Source: Podarcis pityusensis (lineage: Eukaryota). Taken from it: a DNA stretch of 64,000 nucleotides. Positions 60,981 to 64,000 of this stretch are shown one piece after another; positions within the stretch are counted from its first letter, which is position 1; each line of letters starts with the position of its first letter. The position numbers and the translations under genes are program-made. A model generated the notes under the pieces. The model saw nothing but the letters and a program-made list of their open reading frames with translations, was not told the origin of the DNA and ran no database searches. The DNA lies in the NCBI GenBank assembly GCA_964106645.2, contig OZ067048.1, one strand, 5' to 3'.

Positions 60981-63418
60981 CCTCAGACTGTTGCATGGTT
61001 GTAATGTAGCCCTACTGTAGAAAGTTAAGAGTTGGAACCACTGTCCTGTCCATGTTTGTCTGTGGCTGACCTACCTGCAGCCCCAGAATGCTGTCTATCA
61101 GAGAATCTGTTTCACAAGCTGAAAAAGGCTTCAAGCCACTGGTATATAATATATGCATCAGAATACTAGTGGCTGCTAATCGCAAGCTGGAGAACACCTT
61201 TGTGTTTTCTGTGTGGTATTCCCATAAGCATCTCATTGCCCACTATGGAAACAGAATGCCCGACTAGATGGGACTTTGCTCTTACATTCTTAATAATGTG
61301 CTCATGGTTGTTGGCACAAAAAAGCTGTTTAGTTCATCACATGAAATGGCATTCTGTGCTTTGCCTTTGCTTTTATGATGCGGAAAAATGTGAATATGTT
61401 GGCATTGTGTGGCTATAGGGAACTTGGAAACAAAAGAGCCATACAAAAAGTCCTGTTTCCCACAAAGGCCAGCTGGATGCCTCTGAAGTCCACAAGCAGT
61501 TTATGAAGGCAATTGCCTTTTCCTGCTTGCTCCCAGAAACTGGTGTTGCATTTGGTAACTCCTTCACTTTCCATTGGAAGGTTAAATGCAGTAAGGTCTA
61601 TGATTTTCCAGCTGGGAAATGTGGTACTTGGTTCTCTGTGCTGTTATGGTAGCTGTGTATAGTTACTTGGCTGCTATTTATGGTGCTGGTTGGGGTGAAA
61701 TGGAAAAGCATGGCAGCACCATTTTGCCCATGTTCTTTAAGATCCAGGAGACCCAGAAGGTGAAGAACCTGTGGCAGCAAGATGATGTTGGACACCCAAT
61801 TCCTATCAGCCCCAGCCTGTCCAGCAACATCTGAAGAGCTATAGGTTCTCTACCCCTGCTTGAGACAAATGGAGTTGGGGAGGAAGCATCTATGAAATTG
61901 ATGGAACAGGGAACAGGACTCAGACATAGCAATCAACAAGTCAGTTAAATCTCATACAGGTGTTGGTGCTCTCTATATAAAAGGTAAAGGGACCCCCTGA
62001 CCGTTGGGTCCAGTTGTGGACGACTCTGGGGTTGCGGCGCTCATCTCACTTTATTGGCTGAGGGAGCTGGCGTACAGCTTCTGGGTCATGTGGGCAGCAT
62101 GACTAAGCTGCTTCTGGCAAACCAGAGCGCTCACGGAAACGCCGTTTACCTTCCCGTCAGAGCAGTACCTATTTATCTACTTGATGTGCTTTCGAACTGC
62201 TAGGGTGGCAGGAGGAGGGACCGAGCAACGAGAGCTCACCCCATCACAGGGATTCGAACTGCCAACCTTCTGATCGGCAAGCCCTAGGCTCTGTGGTTTA
62301 GACCACAGCACCACCCGCGTGGTGTTGGTGTTCTCTATATACCCTATACCAAAGCCATAAGTTTTTTGTCTTCTGGTTCTGGCCAGACATTTAAAAAATG
62401 TGGTTTGAGAAGCAATCCGCAGATAGGATATCTCTGCAGTGTGTCTTCTAGGGAGGCCCAACTGATGAGATATGAATCCGGGATTCATCATATTTGTTTT
62501 AGTCTGTTAGATATAATGTCTGTGTGTATCAATAAGTTAGCCTCATTCTATGTATGTGTGGTGATAGGACTGCTGCATCAAAATTATAGGGGCAAAAGTG
62601 GGAGTTGAGCGCGTATGAGTTTTCCCTAATCCTTTGCTTATCTTTTTATCTCTTTTGCAAGCTATTCATGGCCTGTTTGCCACTGCTTCTTTGTCCATTC
62701 TGTAGCTTCGGCACAGTTTTTCTTAAAAAATAAGAGCAGCTTGCTGAGGTCATACAAGGAGTGTAATGTCATGTCACCATGAAGCTATTCAGGTTTGACT
62801 TAAGGATATTATGAAACCACATCAGTCTGAGCTCAGGAAGCATTTCCTTCTGTTTGAATTGACTTTGTGGTGATATCACAGAGCTAAATTAATTGTGTGA
62901 CATCACTACAGAGCCAAAACTGAGAGAGTGTCCTAACTCTTCAGGTGAACATTTCTCCCCTGTTTCAACTACTTTTCATGGAACCGACAGAAAAAAGGGT
63001 GCCTTACCTGGGGGGGGGGGGTGAAGTTTTTCATAGAACATGTTGCCAACTATTTAGTTTCAGTCATCATAATACTAATTGCAAACCATTGGGCAGTGCA
63101 GGCCTAGGGAAATATCGATATGCAACACTTAACATTTTGCATATTAATTCCAGTTCTAGCCTGTATATATTTTGCATCACTCTATTTTTTTACTGTGTCA
63201 ACACAGGGTAGGCATCTTTGAGCTTTACTCTTGCCCCAGGGCCTCTAGGTTTCTATTAAATACTTATATTTTGTTTGTGTTTCCAGAAAGCAACCAAATC
63301 TCTGGCAGATGGATTGGTTCAAGATGAGTTCTATCCAAGTGTGAAAATGAGCACTTACCTAGTAGCGATCATCGTTGGAAACTTGGCAAATCGCACTAAG
63401 GAAACAAATGGGATTCAG
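47848..63418 (+). CDS. LNPEP: Leucyl-cystinyl aminopeptidase (IRAP), coding exons 1-4; the gene continues beyond the window
   Basis: Spliced N-terminus [35 protein letters not shown], two dileucine motifs, acidic cluster, TM helix, M1 domain start. Confidence 0.96.
49998..50071. repeat. 27-bp tandem repeat, about 2.7 copies (GGTGTGGGAAGGACTAATGAYCTTCCA)
   Basis: Direct observation. Confidence 0.9.
50318..50853. repeat. Microsatellite cluster: (TAT)n 50318-50356, (GATA/GACA)n 50415-50465, (CTT)n 50802-50853
   Basis: Direct observation. Confidence 0.9.
54269..56370 (-). mobile_element. ~2.1 kb non-autonomous L1-derived retroposon with a single ORF (copy B, LNPEP intron 1)
   Basis: 20-bp TSD CAGGATGCAACTAACTTCTT (54249-68, 56371-90), GC-rich 5' end homologous to copy A, intact ORF, AATAAA and A tail. 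Confidence 0.9.
54898..55515 (-). CDS. Intact 205-aa ORF of retroposon copy B (N-terminal coiled coil, acidic middle, basic C-terminus); function unknown
   Basis: ATG to TGA uninterrupted; homologous to the copy A ORF with only silent differences in the last 17 codons. Confidence 0.65.
   Translation of the reverse strand: MSWKEDWVLALCKTSALLEQMHEKMDLMNEKMDLTVAVNNCGQTGNIDIEIIQGPTHESVLTGQVQKIMEEDAVAPQIIQMESPEALQEYELLSLKIEVGVGQGESGVEEVPNVGETLEYAFKYFFDYIEDCGEWDCGEWAGLMKGDGDNSGLEAPRGLPLNEKGKKLRKRPRKDKEKGKYKQEEEKLQKGHGRDLRASDIRLPG
57144..57490 (+). mobile_element. Sauria SINE
   Basis: tRNA-like head, TSD-like TCTTTTAAATGG on both sides. Confidence 0.92.
58856..59702 (+). CDS. LNPEP: LNPEP exon 2 (cytosolic tail, TM helix, domain I start)
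   Basis: Acceptor tttcAG 58854-55, donor AG|GTAAAA, 847 nt. Confidence 0.96.
60557..60695 (+). CDS. LNPEP: LNPEP exon 3 ([22 protein letters not shown]...SNMPK)
   Basis: 139 nt, AG/GT boundaries. Confidence 0.96.
60935..60980. repeat. (GT)n(GA)n microsatellite
   Basis: Direct observation. Confidence 0.95.
61980..62320 (-). mobile_element. Sauria SINE
   Basis: Homologous to the other two copies; ~21-bp TSD GGTGTTGGTG(C/T)TCTCTATATA. Confidence 0.92.
63287..63418 (+). CDS. LNPEP: LNPEP exon 4 ([27 protein letters not shown])
   Basis: 132 nt, AG/GT boundaries. Confidence 0.95.
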
Positions 63419-64000
63419 GTATGTGTTCCTTTAGCTCTTGAGCGTAAGCTTTTTCGTTCTCAGAATTTTTCAGGAAGTGCCCTTTGTGTGAATTGAAGAA
63501 AGCTGTGTCCCCTCCCTTGTGCCAGCATACACTGTCTGAAGTAGGTTGTGGTTTTCTGGCCTAGACCCACCAGAACCAGCCAGCTCTGCTGCTGCTGCTT
63601 GCTTGTTTCAAATTACTGTGAAGGAATCTCAAAGTTCAGCTAAACCAAATAAGCCACATAGGTGTATATTTGTGAACTGCCGCAGGTGGGGCAGTGGTAT
63701 TACAAATAACCTTGCAGAAGGAAGGGTAGCTTCTTCCTTGGGTTGTTTTTCCTGGGTGTGGCCACAAACCCCGCTGCTGACCCAAATATGAAGTTTTGTG
63801 TGTCGGAGCCGTAAACTCATATTTAGCTCTGTAGAGTCTCAGTTGGTAGTAGCAGCCTATGGGGTATAGCATAGTTATGGAGCTGCACTCCTGACACCTG
63901 CTTCACTGCAGCGTATCTGGGAGGCAGGGAGGCAGCAAGGTCAGGGCTGCGCAGGTACCCTGGTCTCTACTTGGTCCACACATGCAGTGCAGGCCTCTCC

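Overview
Vertebrate genomic DNA from a squamate reptile, probably a lacertid lizard (inferred from Sauria SINEs, BovB, CR1/L2 and hAT/mariner MITE families). The window covers the conserved CAST-ERAP1-LNPEP block. It holds the probable 3' end of calpastatin (CAST, + strand, about 1074-4260), a complete ERAP1 gene (- strand, 18 coding exons 23192->5154, all GT-AG and in phase, 2802 nt / 933 aa, CpG-island promoter about 24.3-25.05 kb with an IRF element), and the first four coding exons of LNPEP/IRAP (+ strand, from 47848). No ERAP2 exons are visible in the ~22 kb between ERAP1 and LNPEP, which is filled with transposons (RTE-X-like LINE, BovB, truncated L1, CR1, a fossil hAT transposase, MITEs). 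The most unusual observation is two divergent, TSD-flanked ~2.1 kb non-autonomous retroposons (18299-20374 +, 54269-56370 -). Each has an L1-like GC-rich 5' end, one ~200-aa acidic/coiled-coil ORF with no RT or endonuclease, and a 3' end homologous to a truncated L1 in the same window. Their C-terminal 16 aa are identical while the six nucleotide differences there are all silent, which suggests a selected protein carried by an L1-dependent element. Gene identities and residue numbering rely on recalled human sequences, not on database searches.
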